Shown here: positions 50,281 to 60,694 of the stretch, in pieces
How positions within the stretch are numbered: the stretch's first letter is position 1
How the letters are laid out: every line of letters begins with the position of its first letter
Assembly: GCA_965659715.1 (NCBI GenBank)
Contig: CBFHXE010000006.1
Location: 287 to 64,286, forward strand
Origin: an uncultured Rhodobacteraceae bacterium
GTDB lineage: Bacteria; Pseudomonadota; Alphaproteobacteria; Rhodobacterales; Rhodobacteraceae
Length of the DNA: 64,000 nucleotides
Direction of reading: 5' to 3'
The notes under the pieces: model-generated
Database searches by the model: none
Told to the model about the DNA's origin: nothing
What the model saw: only the letters and a program-made list of their open reading frames with translations
Position numbers and translations under genes: made by a program

Positions 50281-51057
50281 ATGGCAGAATATAAAACCGT
50301 ACAATCCGCAGTCGGCGCCCGCGCTGCTGAGATTGACGAGGGCCTGCGCGCCCACATGAATAAAGTCTATAGCACCATGTCCATCGGCATGTTGATCACG
50401 GCGTTGGCCGCTTGGGCGATAGCTGGGCTTGCCACAACGACTGATCCAGCTCTGTCCGTTGGTACGATGAGAAACGGCACAATGCTAACCGGACTGGGTG
50501 TTGCTATATACACCTCTGCCCTGCGGTGGGTTATTATGCTTGCACCACTGGCGATGATCTTTGGCTTTGGCGCTGTGATGCAACGGGCCTCTGCAGGTGC
50601 TGCGCAGTTGTTTTTCTTTCTGTTCGCGACGCTGATCGGCGTTTCGCTCAGCTCGATCTTTATCTTCTACACAAGCTATTCAATCGTTCAGACCTTCTTG
50701 GTGACCGCTATCGCTTTCGCTGGTCTATCGCTCTGGGGCTATACGACCAAGCGTGATATTTCCGGTTGGGGATCGTTCCTGATGATGGGAGTGATTGGTA
50801 TTTTGGTGGCAATGATCGTTAATATCTTCCTTGGCTCACCAGCGATCATGTTCGCAATTTCAATTCTGGGCGTGCTGATTTTTGCGGGCCTCACCGCCTA
50901 TGATACGCAAAACATCAAGAACACCTATCTTGCGCATGCGCATCACGGTGATCAGGAATGGCTCGACAAATCGGCCATTCACGGTGCGCTGAACCTCTAT
51001 CTGGATTTCCTAAACATGTTCCAGTTCTTGCTGATGTTCATGGGCAGCCAAGAATAG
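50281..51057 (+). CDS. Bax inhibitor-1/YccA family membrane protein
   Basis: IDEGLRAHM.KVY, GYTTKRD, LTAYDTQ, GALNLYLDF. Confidence 0.94.
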   Translation: MAEYKTVQSAVGARAAEIDEGLRAHMNKVYSTMSIGMLITALAAWAIAGLATTTDPALSVGTMRNGTMLTGLGVAIYTSALRWVIMLAPLAMIFGFGAVMQRASAGAAQLFFFLFATLIGVSLSSIFIFYTSYSIVQTFLVTAIAFAGLSLWGYTTKRDISGWGSFLMMGVIGILVAMIVNIFLGSPAIMFAISILGVLIFAGLTAYDTQNIKNTYLAHAHHGDQEWLDKSAIHGALNLYLDFLNMFQFLLMFMGSQE

Positions 51058-51078
51058 AGGCACTTACCTCATAATTCC

Positions 51079-51110
51079 AAAAGGCCGGACATAGCGTCCG
51101 GCCTTTTTTT
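51079..51110 (+). terminator. Rho-independent terminator after yccA
   Basis: AAAAGGCCGGAC-ATAGC-GTCCGGCCTTTTTTT. Confidence 0.85.
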
Positions 51111-51185
51111 AAGAGTGCAAAAGTATATGACAGTGTTTTTTCGGACATCGGCATAGCAATGGGCCACGTCATGTCCAGAAAAAAC

Positions 51186-51215
51186 AAAAGCCGCCCAGAT
51201 GTCTGCGCGGCTTTT
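51186..51215 (-). terminator. Terminator after rpmG
   Basis: AAAAGCCGC...GCGGCTTTT stem with a T tract on the minus strand. Confidence 0.7.
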
Positions 51216-51237
51216 CATAAAAACGATGTCGAAAAGG

Positions 51238-51405
51238 TTATTTGATTTTACCCTCTTTATATTCGACATGCTTGCGCACAACCGGATCATACTTTCGGAC
51301 CACCATTTTTTCGGTCATGGTGCGCGCGTTTTTCTTGGTCACGTAAAAGTGGCCAGTGTCCGCGGTCGAGTTCAGGCGGATTTTAATTGTGGTCGGCTTC
51401 GCCAT
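51238..51405 (-). CDS. rpmG: 50S ribosomal protein L33
   Basis: Below the ORF-track cutoff. Manual translation gives [55 protein letters not shown]; SD AGGAG. Confidence 0.97.
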   Translation of the reverse strand: MAKPTTIKIRLNSTADTGHFYVTKKNARTMTEKMVVRKYDPVVRKHVEYKEGKIK

Positions 51406-51542
51406 TTTTCATCTCCTGCGTCGGCCAAATGTCAGGCCGGTGAAATTCTATCCTGAAGCATGCCTTTTAGCGATGCTGACGCTACTGTCAACCATGATGA
51501 GGCAGAATTCGAAGCTCTCCCGCAGAAACCCTCAAAAAAGAT

Positions 51543-51932
51543 GCGCGGAGAACCTATAAGCCGGATTCTGTCCCGGGGTTACCCCCCTTGGATGACCATT
51601 CCTCTGAACGCAGGATTGCCCCTGCGCCTCTAGCTGCCAACCCGAACCCTTGGGCCAAAGCAGCCCTGCGGTGATATCGGCGCACCGATCAACCCGCACA
51701 AGGTTCCTATTCGGCATTGCTCCCGGTGGGGCTTGCCATGCGGGCGCTGTTACCAGCCCCCCGGTGGGCTCTTACCCCACCCTTTCACCCTTACCCGTGC
51801 GCGCACGGGCGGTTTGCTTTCTGTGGCGCTCTCCGTCGGGTTGCCCCGCCCGGGCGTTACCCGGCACCGTCGCTTTGTGGAGTCCGGACTTTCCTCGAGC
51901 CTTACAGCCCGCGGCCATCCAGCCCTCCGCGC
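51543..51932 (-). ncRNA. rnpB: RNase P RNA, class A
   Basis: Minus strand has GAGGAAAGTCCGGACTCC near the 5' end and ACAGAATCCGGCTTA near the 3' end; terminal P1 pairing GCGCGGAG/CTCCGCGC. Confidence 0.96.
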
Positions 51933-52018
51933 GCCTTAGGGGTTAATTGGCTTGGGTATGCTCGTCAACGCTTAAACGTTATTTCGTGCTGATCGCTTTG
52001 GCGGAAACCATAGCGTCG

Positions 52019-52636
52019 CTAACCTTCTGGCAGCGCCAAACGGAAGGGCAAAGGATCCCATGTGCAGGCAAAACCATCCCCATCCGGATCAAGCCCCAGC
52101 CAGTCACGTTTTGGGCCACCACGCTTTAAAAACATCTCTTGTGCAGCCGTTGAGGACGTATACTGACCACATCTATAGCGGTGATTATATTCGCTTACCA
52201 ATCCCGAGCGTGGGTACAAAGGCGCGCCAACCGGATTGGATGTCAGCAGTGCATATTCAACAACATTTGGAATATCGGTGCCTGGGCGTACCGGCAGTTC
52301 AGTGGGTTCAATGAGAACGTATTGCATCCGGTTAATCGCCAAACGCTCGGCATCGCTTTCAATGGTTTGCCGGTTTGAGACCGCCTCAAAGTCATTTTCA
52401 TCCGACAGCGCGATGCTTGTGGCATTTGGCAAGCTTGTTTCTTCCACCTCGGCAGGTTTTCTGTCCACAAGCGCTACAGTGTCTTCCAAAACATTGATGG
52501 TATCAGCAACCACAGCAATCCCCGCGGCCGTTGTATCCGCCAATTTTGGCGGCAAAGCCTCAAGCCCGCTTTCGGGTATCGTCGGCTCACAGCCGGCAAG
52601 GCCCAAAGCAACGCAGAATAAAACAACCTTTCGCAT
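52019..52636 (-). CDS. Lipoprotein with C-terminal Excalibur-like Ca-binding motif
   Basis: Lipobox LAGC; C-terminal C..Y.S...AQ..F...GGP..D..GLDPDGDGFAC. Confidence 0.75.
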   Translation of the reverse strand: MRKVVLFCVALGLAGCEPTIPESGLEALPPKLADTTAAGIAVVADTINVLEDTVALVDRKPAEVEETSLPNATSIALSDENDFEAVSNRQTIESDAERLAINRMQYVLIEPTELPVRPGTDIPNVVEYALLTSNPVGAPLYPRSGLVSEYNHRYRCGQYTSSTAAQEMFLKRGGPKRDWLGLDPDGDGFACTWDPLPFRLALPEG

Positions 52637-52658
52637 GCAAATCTTTCCTTTGCTCACG

Positions 52659-54149
52659 TTACACAGATGACCACCAATTGTCAGGTTTTGCGCTAAAGCC
52701 AGCAGCGCTTTCCAGTGCATAAGCGGTGTTCAACAAATCCCCTTCTTGCCAAGGCTTGCCGATAAGCTGCAAACCCAAAGGCAAGCCTTGTGCATCCAGC
52801 CCTGCCGGCACAGATATCCCGGGCAATCCAGCCAAATTAACCGTGACCGTAAACACGTCGTTGAGGTACATCTCAACTGGATCAACCTCGGCCATATCCC
52901 CAAGCCCAAAGGCGGCAGAAGGCGTCGTTGGCGTTAATATTGCATCTACGCCAGAGGCAAACAAATCCTCAAAGTCTTTCTTGATCAGAGCACGCACACG
53001 CCGCGCCCGATTGTAGTAGGCGTCATAAAAGCCGGCCGACAGAACATAGGTCCCGATCATAATGCGCCGCTGCACCTCAGCGCCGAACCCTTCGGCGCGC
53101 GATTTTTCATACATTTCGGTAATGCCATCACCGGCGTCCAGCTGCGCGCGGCGACCAAAGCGCACCCCATCATAGCGGGCCAAATTCGATGAAGCTTCCG
53201 CCGGCGCAATCACATAATAGGCAGGCAGCGCGTATTTGGTATGGGGCAAACTGACATCAACCACCTCGGCGCCGGCGTCTCGCAGCATCGCAGACCCGTC
53301 TGACCACAGCTTTTCAATCTCATCCGGCATCCCATCCAAACGATACTCTTTGGGGATACCAATCTTTTTGCCGCGGATATCTCCGGTTAGAAGCACTTCA
53401 AAATTTGGCACCTCTAGCTCGGCGCTGGTGCTGTCTTTGGGATCATGGCTGCACATCGCCTCAAGCATAATCGCGGCATCGCGCACCGATTTAGTCATCG
53501 GGCCAGCCTGATCAAGCGAACTGGCGAACGCCACAATGCCCCACCGCGAGCAGCGCCCATAAGTCGGTTTGATACCGACGATACCCGCAAAGGCTGCAGG
53601 CTGGCGGATTGAGCCACCCGTATCCGTACCGGTGGCAGCCAAACACAGATCTGCGGCCACTGCAGCAGCAGAGCCCCCGGATGATCCGCCAGGCGTAAGC
53701 TGTTTGTCACCTAGTTTCCAAGGATTAACCGCATCGCCGTAGATGGAGGTTTCATTGGAAGAGCCCATGGCAAACTCATCCATATTCAACTTGCCGATCA
53801 TGACCGCGCCCGCGTCAAATAGATTTTGGCTTACGGTACTTTCATATTCGGGGCGAAACCCGTCCAAAATTCGGCTGGCGGCCTGACTGGGCACCCCTTT
53901 GGTGCAAAACAAATCCTTGATCCCGATCGGCAGGCCGCACATGGACGGTGCATGACCTGGGGCCAAACGGCTGTCGGCAGCTGCCGCCTGATCAAGCGCC
54001 AGCTCTGGCGTATGGTGGACCACCGCATTCAGCGCCCCGCCGCCCCCGGCGGCCCGCAAACAGGCCTCGGTTAGCTCTACAGAAGTTATATCTTTGCTCC
54101 GCAAAAGATCGCGGCCCGCAGCAAGGGTCAAGCTGTTGAGATTTTCCAT
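52659..54149 (-). CDS. gatA: Asp/Glu-tRNA amidotransferase subunit A
   Basis: [42 protein letters not shown]. Confidence 0.97.
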   Translation of the reverse strand: MENLNSLTLAAGRDLLRSKDITSVELTEACLRAAGGGGALNAVVHHTPELALDQAAAADSRLAPGHAPSMCGLPIGIKDLFCTKGVPSQAASRILDGFRPEYESTVSQNLFDAGAVMIGKLNMDEFAMGSSNETSIYGDAVNPWKLGDKQLTPGGSSGGSAAAVAADLCLAATGTDTGGSIRQPAAFAGIVGIKPTYGRCSRWGIVAFASSLDQAGPMTKSVRDAAIMLEAMCSHDPKDSTSAELEVPNFEVLLTGDIRGKKIGIPKEYRLDGMPDEIEKLWSDGSAMLRDAGAEVVDVSLPHTKYALPAYYVIAPAEASSNLARYDGVRFGRRAQLDAGDGITEMYEKSRAEGFGAEVQRRIMIGTYVLSAGFYDAYYNRARRVRALIKKDFEDLFASGVDAILTPTTPSAAFGLGDMAEVDPVEMYLNDVFTVTVNLAGLPGISVPAGLDAQGLPLGLQLIGKPWQEGDLLNTAYALESAAGFSAKPDNWWSSV

Positions 54150-54436
54150 TACTCGACCACCTTTGGAACCGCAAAAAATCCCTCACGCGTATCAGGTGCA
54201 TTGGACAGAACATCCGCTTGCTGATCGCCGTCGGTAATGACATCCTCGCGGCGCTTTAGACGCTGCGGGGTCACTGATGTCATCGGTTCGACATCGCTGA
54301 CATCGACCTCATTAAGCTCATTGATAAACCCAAGGATCATATTAAATTCATCTGCAAGAGCAGGCAGCGCATCCGCCTCTACTCTGATCCGCGCCAGTTT
54401 TGCAACTTTGGCCGCTGTAGCCGTATCAATCGACAT
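54149..54436 (-). CDS. gatC: Asp/Glu-tRNA amidotransferase subunit C
   Basis: KVAKLARI...VEPM...LSNAP...FFAVPKVVE. Confidence 0.96.
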   Translation of the reverse strand: MSIDTATAAKVAKLARIRVEADALPALADEFNMILGFINELNEVDVSDVEPMTSVTPQRLKRREDVITDGDQQADVLSNAPDTREGFFAVPKVVE

Positions 54437-54467
54437 CCGGAACTCCCAAAAAACCTGTTTAAATCCT

Positions 54468-55124
54468 TTACCCTTGCTGCCCGCCGCCTGCAAGCATATG
54501 GCGCCGATAAACCTCAATCATCCACCCCAGCATTGCGGCATTGATCAAATGCCATAAAAAATGCGCGCCCTGCGGCCAAGTTGTGCAGAGCTGCAAGTCT
54601 ACGGTTCGAAAGCCCAATGACACAGATAAAAGCACCACCCCGCCCCACAGGCCGAGCGCCACCTGCGGCAACCTGCGCTGCAAACCGATTGCATAAACCG
54701 CAATTAAAATCGGCACTGGCATATATCCAAGACTGCTTCCCAACCCCTCAATATCTTTAAATATCCAAAACACTGCGGCTGCGTATGGAAAAAACAAAGC
54801 CAAGCCCACTAGGGACAATAAACGTGATAATTGCCAAAACTGCTGGTTGGCGAGATAAATATAATAAAGCACAAACAGCAAAATGGGCGTTACATCCACA
54901 ACCGCCGCCCAACGTTGCGGAACGCTGTGAAAAAGTGCCGAACCCAAACCGATCGCTGCGACCAAAATAACCAGCGTCCGCGCACCCGAACCCGGCTGTG
55001 CACGCGGCCATAGCCAATAGGCCACCACCAAAAACGCACCGTTGATAACCAAATTAACCGGCTCAGCCAACAGCCCCGCATCCAAACGCTCACAATAGCC
55101 ATCGACAAAGGCAAACCAGCCCAT
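54468..55124 (-). CDS. Ceramidase-domain (CREST superfamily) membrane protein
   Basis: YCER, AEPVN...N, GLGSALFH, GAHFLWH. Confidence 0.85.
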   Translation of the reverse strand: MGWFAFVDGYCERLDAGLLAEPVNLVINGAFLVVAYWLWPRAQPGSGARTLVILVAAIGLGSALFHSVPQRWAAVVDVTPILLFVLYYIYLANQQFWQLSRLLSLVGLALFFPYAAAVFWIFKDIEGLGSSLGYMPVPILIAVYAIGLQRRLPQVALGLWGGVVLLSVSLGFRTVDLQLCTTWPQGAHFLWHLINAAMLGWMIEVYRRHMLAGGGQQG

Positions 55125-55275
55125 AGCCTTAATCCTTTTTCTTTGTTCAAATACTCCTGCCAGAGGCGAATTTAAAGCACTGGTTGTTCGCTGCATCTCA
55201 GGCTAAAGTTACTTGCAAATTGGCCGCAGCCCCCTCAGGCTCTGATTATCCTTTCTGCGCCAACAGGAGAGCACT

Positions 55276-55968
55276 ATGAAAATAATTTGGCTTGGACATG
55301 CCTCTTTTCGCATCGAAATTGCGGATCAGATTTTATTGATTGATCCATGGCTCACGGGCAACCCCATGTTGCCCACTGACCGGCATCAAGAGGCTATAAA
55401 AGGCGCAACGCATATTCTTTTAACCCACGGGCACTTTGATCATATTTCTGACACGCTGCCACTGGCGAAAGAAAACAGCATTCCCGTTGTCGGACAATAT
55501 GATCTCATTGGCCATTGGATGGAAACCGAAGGTATAGAAGGCATCGGGTTTAACAAAGGCGGAACAGTCTTGTTGGGCGATGTGGCAGTCACAATGGTGC
55601 ACGCGGTGCACAGCTCCACTATGGGCACCGCTGAGGGCCCAAAATGCATCGGCAGCGAATGTGGCTTCATGATATCAGCCGAAGATCATACAATCTATGT
55701 CTCGGGCGACACCGACGTGATGGCAGATATGGCCATTTTCAATGATCTTCACGCGCCCGATATAGGCATCTTGGCATCCGGGGGCCATTTTACGATGGAT
55801 ATGAAGCGGGCGGGATATGCTGCAGCCAAGTTTTTTAATTTTAAAACCATCATTCCCTGCCACTACCGGACCTTTCCCATCCTTGAACAATCTGCAGAAG
55901 AGCTGGCGCGCGCAGTGCCCTCAGCGCAGGTTATCGAGCCTGAAATTCTTCAACCAATCACGCTATAA
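55276..55968 (+). CDS. Metal-dependent hydrolase (UPF0173, MBL fold)
   Basis: WLGHASF, LIDPW, THGHFDH, SGDT, IPCHY. Confidence 0.92.
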   Translation: MKIIWLGHASFRIEIADQILLIDPWLTGNPMLPTDRHQEAIKGATHILLTHGHFDHISDTLPLAKENSIPVVGQYDLIGHWMETEGIEGIGFNKGGTVLLGDVAVTMVHAVHSSTMGTAEGPKCIGSECGFMISAEDHTIYVSGDTDVMADMAIFNDLHAPDIGILASGGHFTMDMKRAGYAAAKFFNFKTIIPCHYRTFPILEQSAEELARAVPSAQVIEPEILQPITL

Positions 55969-56016
55969 ATCGGCAGTTTTACGGCCGGACGACACTCAAC
56001 TCAAAAAGGAAAATAC

Positions 56017-56367
56017 ATGACAACCATTACACGTATCGCAACAGGTCAGCGCATGAGCCAAGCCGTGATCCATGGCCAAACTATCTATTTGGCTGGTCAG
56101 GTTGGCACTCCGGGCACATCGGTATCAGCCCAAACCCAAGAGATCCTAGAAAAAATCGAAAGCCTGCTGGAACAGTCCGGATCCGATAAGACCAAGATCC
56201 TCAGCGCCACCATATGGATGGCATCCATGGATAGCTTTGACGAAATGAACGCTGTTTGGGATGCTTGGGTCCCCGAAGGCCATGCACCGGCCCGCGCCAC
56301 AGGAGAATCGGCGCTCGCCACACCAGAGCATTTGGTTGAAATTCTGATCATTGCAGCCAAGGCCTAA
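56017..56367 (+). CDS. RidA family protein (YoaB-like)
   Basis: RMSQAV, YLAGQV, MNAVWDAW, PARA. Confidence 0.93.
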   Translation: MTTITRIATGQRMSQAVIHGQTIYLAGQVGTPGTSVSAQTQEILEKIESLLEQSGSDKTKILSATIWMASMDSFDEMNAVWDAWVPEGHAPARATGESALATPEHLVEILIIAAKA

Positions 56368-56387
56368 ACCTGAGGCAGCGCTGCGGC

Positions 56388-57071
56388 TTAGTCACACCAG
56401 GTAACCACCTCATCGAGCCCCGCCCGATGGGTTCGAAATTTATTGGCCGAGTGATCAAGGTCTGCATAGCCAAATGAAATAGCGCATAAAATATCCCGGT
56501 CCTCAGGAAGGTCGAGCTTCTCGCGCACCACAGGCGACAAGCCTGCGATCGCAGCCTGAGGTATCGTGGCAATGCCCAGAGCCTGCGCGGCAAGCGTGAA
56601 TGCCGTGACATAAGCTCCGCAATCAACTGCGCCGTAGGCCCCCAGTTCTTTTGGTGTGGTGATAATTGCCACATGCGGGGCACCGAAAAAGCGATAGTTT
56701 TCCATCATTTGCTGCAGGGACGCCGCGCGGTCCCCTTTGGTGACCCCAACCGCTTCATAAAGCTGCCAACCGCAGACCGAACGGCGGTGCTTATATTCAC
56801 CGCTATAGCGCTGGGGAAAATCAATATCCGGCGACTGCATACCCTTTTGAGCCGCTTCTAATAGCGCTGTTCCCAAAGCAGCCAGGGTTTTTCCCCGACA
56901 CACAGTGACTTTCCAAGGCTGCGAATTGCACCAAGATGGCACCTGCTGCGCTGTCAGCAGGATTTGCTCAATGACCTCTTTGGGGACAATCCCTGGCTCG
57001 AATGCACGGCACGAATGGCGTGATTTCAGCAATCCGTCTAAAACGTCATGTTCAGATTGATCTTGGGGCAT
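56388..57071 (-). CDS. Nitroreductase family protein
   Basis: RHSCRAF, PSWCNSQPW, FFGAPH. Confidence 0.92.
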   Translation of the reverse strand: MPQDQSEHDVLDGLLKSRHSCRAFEPGIVPKEVIEQILLTAQQVPSWCNSQPWKVTVCRGKTLAALGTALLEAAQKGMQSPDIDFPQRYSGEYKHRRSVCGWQLYEAVGVTKGDRAASLQQMMENYRFFGAPHVAIITTPKELGAYGAVDCGAYVTAFTLAAQALGIATIPQAAIAGLSPVVREKLDLPEDRDILCAISFGYADLDHSANKFRTHRAGLDEVVTWCD

Positions 57072-58164
57072 CTGTTTCTCTCTTTCTGAGCTCTTCTAAT
57101 ATATCTTGGCGATCTGCGTCTTTTGGACGAATTTGCGCAGGGGCTTGTGGGGCCCATGTTGAAAACCGCGGTGCAGGGGCTGGTTGCAAATGTCCTTGGA
57201 TGTGCTGCCAAATACCGCGCGCCGCCATATGCGGGTCTTTAGTGGACCCATCAGGCGACAGGACCGGTGCGACACAGGCATCCGTACCAGCAAACACCTG
57301 TGCCCAGTGATCTTGGGTCTGCCCGACAAAAATACCCGCAAGCCGCGCGCCTAATTCAGGCCAAAGGGATTTCTCAAACTGATTGAGAAAATCTACATCC
57401 TGATCCAACTCAAGCAGCTTCAAAAAAGCAGCATAGAATTTTGGCTCAAGGCATTGCACGGATATAAATCCACCGCCCTTGCACGCATAACAGCGGCTCC
57501 AATGCGGCCCGTCCAACGTGCTTTGGCCGCGCTCGGTTTTCAATCCGCCTGAGCTGCGCAAAGACAGCAGCAAAGCCATCATATGGGCCGTTCCGTCCAC
57601 GATCGCCGCATCCACCACAGCGCCCTGATGCGTTTGCCGCGCATTGATCAAGGCGCTGAGCATGCCGACAACCAGATACAGCGCCCCGCCTCCAATATCA
57701 CCCACAAGTGTCGGCGGCGTAAACGGAGGTTCATCTGGGTTTGAGGCGTACCATAACGCCCCCGTCAACGAAATATAGTTCAGGTCATGGCCGGCTTGCT
57801 GCGCGCGCGGTCCCGATTGGCCCCAACCGGTCATGCGCCCATAAACCAGACGGGGGTTGAGCGCCCCTATATCATCCGGTCCAAGGCCGAGGCGCTCCAT
57901 CACACCGGGGCGAAACCCTTCAATTAAACCGTCAGCTGTCGACATTAGCTTTCGCGCTATTGCAATGTCTTCGGCAGATTTCAGGTTTAGGGCAATTGAC
58001 CGTTTGCCGCGATCAAGGATATTCTCTGACGGTTTACCGGGGGTATCTCCACCCGACTTACGGTGAATGACAATTACTTCTGCGCCCAGATCAGCCAGCA
58101 TCATAGCCGCAAAGGGCGCCGGCCCTAGCGCTTCAAATTCAATAATACGAAGTCCCGAAAGCAT
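57052..58164 (-). CDS. CaiB/BaiF CoA-transferase family (alpha-methylacyl-CoA racemase-like)
   Basis: LGPAPFAAM.LADLGA, EGFRPGVMERLGLG, AGHDLNY, GDIGGG. Confidence 0.92.
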   Translation of the reverse strand: MLSGLRIIEFEALGPAPFAAMMLADLGAEVIVIHRKSGGDTPGKPSENILDRGKRSIALNLKSAEDIAIARKLMSTADGLIEGFRPGVMERLGLGPDDIGALNPRLVYGRMTGWGQSGPRAQQAGHDLNYISLTGALWYASNPDEPPFTPPTLVGDIGGGALYLVVGMLSALINARQTHQGAVVDAAIVDGTAHMMALLLSLRSSGGLKTERGQSTLDGPHWSRCYACKGGGFISVQCLEPKFYAAFLKLLELDQDVDFLNQFEKSLWPELGARLAGIFVGQTQDHWAQVFAGTDACVAPVLSPDGSTKDPHMAARGIWQHIQGHLQPAPAPRFSTWAPQAPAQIRPKDADRQDILEELRKRETDAPRSI

Positions 58165-58319
58165 TTTTCACCTCGTGCAGTCTCATCTCATAGGTTTTGA
58201 ATAAACCACTGCAAGGAGCAAGCAAAAAGCGCATTAGATAAACACTTCCCACCGACAAACCTTTCAGCAAGGCAAATAGGCGCTCTAACCTATGCACTGA
58301 AAGGGTGAACCCCTGTTTG

Positions 58320-60674
58320 TTAAGGTGCCAAAAGATTCGGCACGATCGTGACTAGGGAAGGTGCCATCCACAATAGACCCAAACCAACCATCTGGATGAA
58401 TACAAAGGGAATCACACCGCGATAGATATGGCCTGTTGTTACTGATTTCGGCGCCACTCCGCGCAAGTAGAACAAGGCGAATCCAAACGGCGGCGTCAGG
58501 AACGAGGTTTGCAAATTCACCGCGATCATAATCGTTACCCAGAGGGGATCGAATGTTCCCCCATAAATGACCGGCCCCACAATTGGGATTACAATGTATA
58601 TGATCTCGAGGAAATCAAGGACAAAGCCAAGAATAAACAGAACCAGCATAACGATCAGAAACACGGTAAATTCGTTATCGAACGATCTGAGGAACTGCTG
58701 GATATAATGCTCGCCGCCAAAGGAAATCACCACCAGATTCAAAACCTGAGATCCGATCAAAATCGCAAAAACCATCGAAGTCACTTTTGTGGTTTCGCGC
58801 ACCACCGGGTTCATAACTCCGGAGCTGAAAAGCACCCAGCATGAAAACAAAAGTCCAAAGATTGCATAAAGATACGCTGCATAGGCAAAAAAGAACGCGA
58901 TCCATGTTTCCGCCGACACCTCTTGGGTATTGATCCGCAGATCAAAATTAATTCCAAACAGGATCATGATTATCAACGCAAAGGTTGATTGGATCACAAT
59001 TTTTCCGCTTCTGCCCTGATCATTAAGCTTGCGATAGGCCGCAAGCATGATCGCCCCTGCCGCCCCAAGCGCCGCTGCGGGTGTCGGATTGGTAATCCCG
59101 CCAAGAATTGACCCCAGCACTGCCACGATTAAAACCAAAGGTGGAAAAACCACTCGGATGAGTTCAATTTGGGCCAACCGGCCAACAGCGGACCTTGCCC
59201 CCAAAATCACCAAAATCACTGGTATTGCCAAAGCGGCCCACGCCATGCCCGAAGATGTCAACGGTGATATTAGCACGATGTCCGCCATTAGCATCAGCAC
59301 AACACCAAGACCGCCCAGAAGCAATGGATAGGTGCTTTCGCGTGGCGATGCACCCCGCGCCGCGGCCAGAGTAATCGCGGCCAGCAATGCAAGTATCAAA
59401 ACGCCTGATCCGATCGGGGGGGCGGATTTCACTTTTTCATCCAGAAGAATCTCAATTTCTTCTTCGCTCAACTTGACACTTTCCTTAACGCCGCCAGCCG
59501 CATCAATGTCGACCTGCTGCTGTATCGCTGCATCCCACGCCTCTTGGCCATGGAGCTCAATCATCGATGCCTGACATTCAGGGCTGACGTTGGTCCGCAG
59601 TGTCGCCTCTTCCCCGATATCTGAGAAGGTATCGACAATGACCGATTGGCTTCCGGCTACACCAGCAAAGTTAAACGCAACCGATCCGGCAATAAGTGCA
59701 GCAGGTACAAACAAAAACCATGTCAGTGCATGGCGCGCAGTTGTGCCACTTTCATTGGCCGCGCCCATGCTGACTGCAGGCGCTTTTTGGGGGTTCAAAA
59801 GAGCATAGATAAAGGCATAGGCGGCATAGAGGAATGCAAGCATTATTCCCGGCAAAAGTGCCGCCTGAAATAAAGATCCAACAGACACCACAGCCGGTTT
59901 GCCCAGGTAGGTCAGCGCGTCCGTACAGCCTGCAGCTTGCGCGCGCGCTTCCTGCGCGGCTGAATACAGATCGCCAGTCAATGTCCCCAATAGTACAATC
60001 ACAATCGAAGGCGGAATAATTTGCCCCAAAGTGCCCGAGGCCGCGATCACGCCTGTGGAAAGTTCTGGCGAATAGCCATTGCGCAACATGGTCGGCAGTG
60101 AAAGCAATCCCATGGTCACAACGGTCGCGCCAACAATGCCTGTAGAAGCTGCCAGAAACGCGCCAACCACCACAACAGATACCGCAAGGCCGCCGGGAAG
60201 CGGGCCAAACACCCGCGCCATTGTGGTCAAAAGATCGTTTGCAATTTTAGATCGCTCAAGCGTGATCCCCATTAAGACGAACATCAAAACCGCCAGCAGT
60301 GTTTCAATCGACTGCCCCGCCAAAACCCGTTCATTCATACGGTTGGCAATGAACGATATCTTGCGGTTAAGAGCTGTTTGCCATCCCCCTTCAAACACCG
60401 GTTCAGCTATTCTAGGCAAATCCGGATATCGAAATACCGAAACAGTCTCTGGATTGATCCCCGAAGCGAGCAATTCAATATACATCTGCGAAGACGTATC
60501 GATCGCCTGATGAATGAGCAATCCCGCGCTATCAAGTACCGCAATAATACCAAAGGAAATCACCCCGGCACCGCCAATTGCAAAAGCCACAGGGAAGCCA
60601 GACAAAATACCGCCAAAAAGGCAGAAAAAAACAATGATTAGGCCAATTTCGACGCCATCAAGTCCAAATAACAT
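58320..60674 (-). CDS. TRAP transporter large permease (DctM), extended form
   Basis: AASTGIVGATVV, SGTLGQIIPPS, NLQTSFLTPPFG; 784 aa. Confidence 0.94.
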   Translation of the reverse strand: MLFGLDGVEIGLIIVFFCLFGGILSGFPVAFAIGGAGVISFGIIAVLDSAGLLIHQAIDTSSQMYIELLASGINPETVSVFRYPDLPRIAEPVFEGGWQTALNRKISFIANRMNERVLAGQSIETLLAVLMFVLMGITLERSKIANDLLTTMARVFGPLPGGLAVSVVVVGAFLAASTGIVGATVVTMGLLSLPTMLRNGYSPELSTGVIAASGTLGQIIPPSIVIVLLGTLTGDLYSAAQEARAQAAGCTDALTYLGKPAVVSVGSLFQAALLPGIMLAFLYAAYAFIYALLNPQKAPAVSMGAANESGTTARHALTWFLFVPAALIAGSVAFNFAGVAGSQSVIVDTFSDIGEEATLRTNVSPECQASMIELHGQEAWDAAIQQQVDIDAAGGVKESVKLSEEEIEILLDEKVKSAPPIGSGVLILALLAAITLAAARGASPRESTYPLLLGGLGVVLMLMADIVLISPLTSSGMAWAALAIPVILVILGARSAVGRLAQIELIRVVFPPLVLIVAVLGSILGGITNPTPAAALGAAGAIMLAAYRKLNDQGRSGKIVIQSTFALIIMILFGINFDLRINTQEVSAETWIAFFFAYAAYLYAIFGLLFSCWVLFSSGVMNPVVRETTKVTSMVFAILIGSQVLNLVVISFGGEHYIQQFLRSFDNEFTVFLIVMLVLFILGFVLDFLEIIYIVIPIVGPVIYGGTFDPLWVTIMIAVNLQTSFLTPPFGFALFYLRGVAPKSVTTGHIYRGVIPFVFIQMVGLGLLWMAPSLVTIVPNLLAP

Positions 60675-60694
60675 ATTCGTCTAAGCCCCTTTGT

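Noticed and set aside
51199-51456. 85-aa plus-strand ORF
   Set aside because: Antisense to rpmG
51532-51992. ORFs of 61-98 aa
   Set aside because: They overlap the RNase P RNA gene and are spurious
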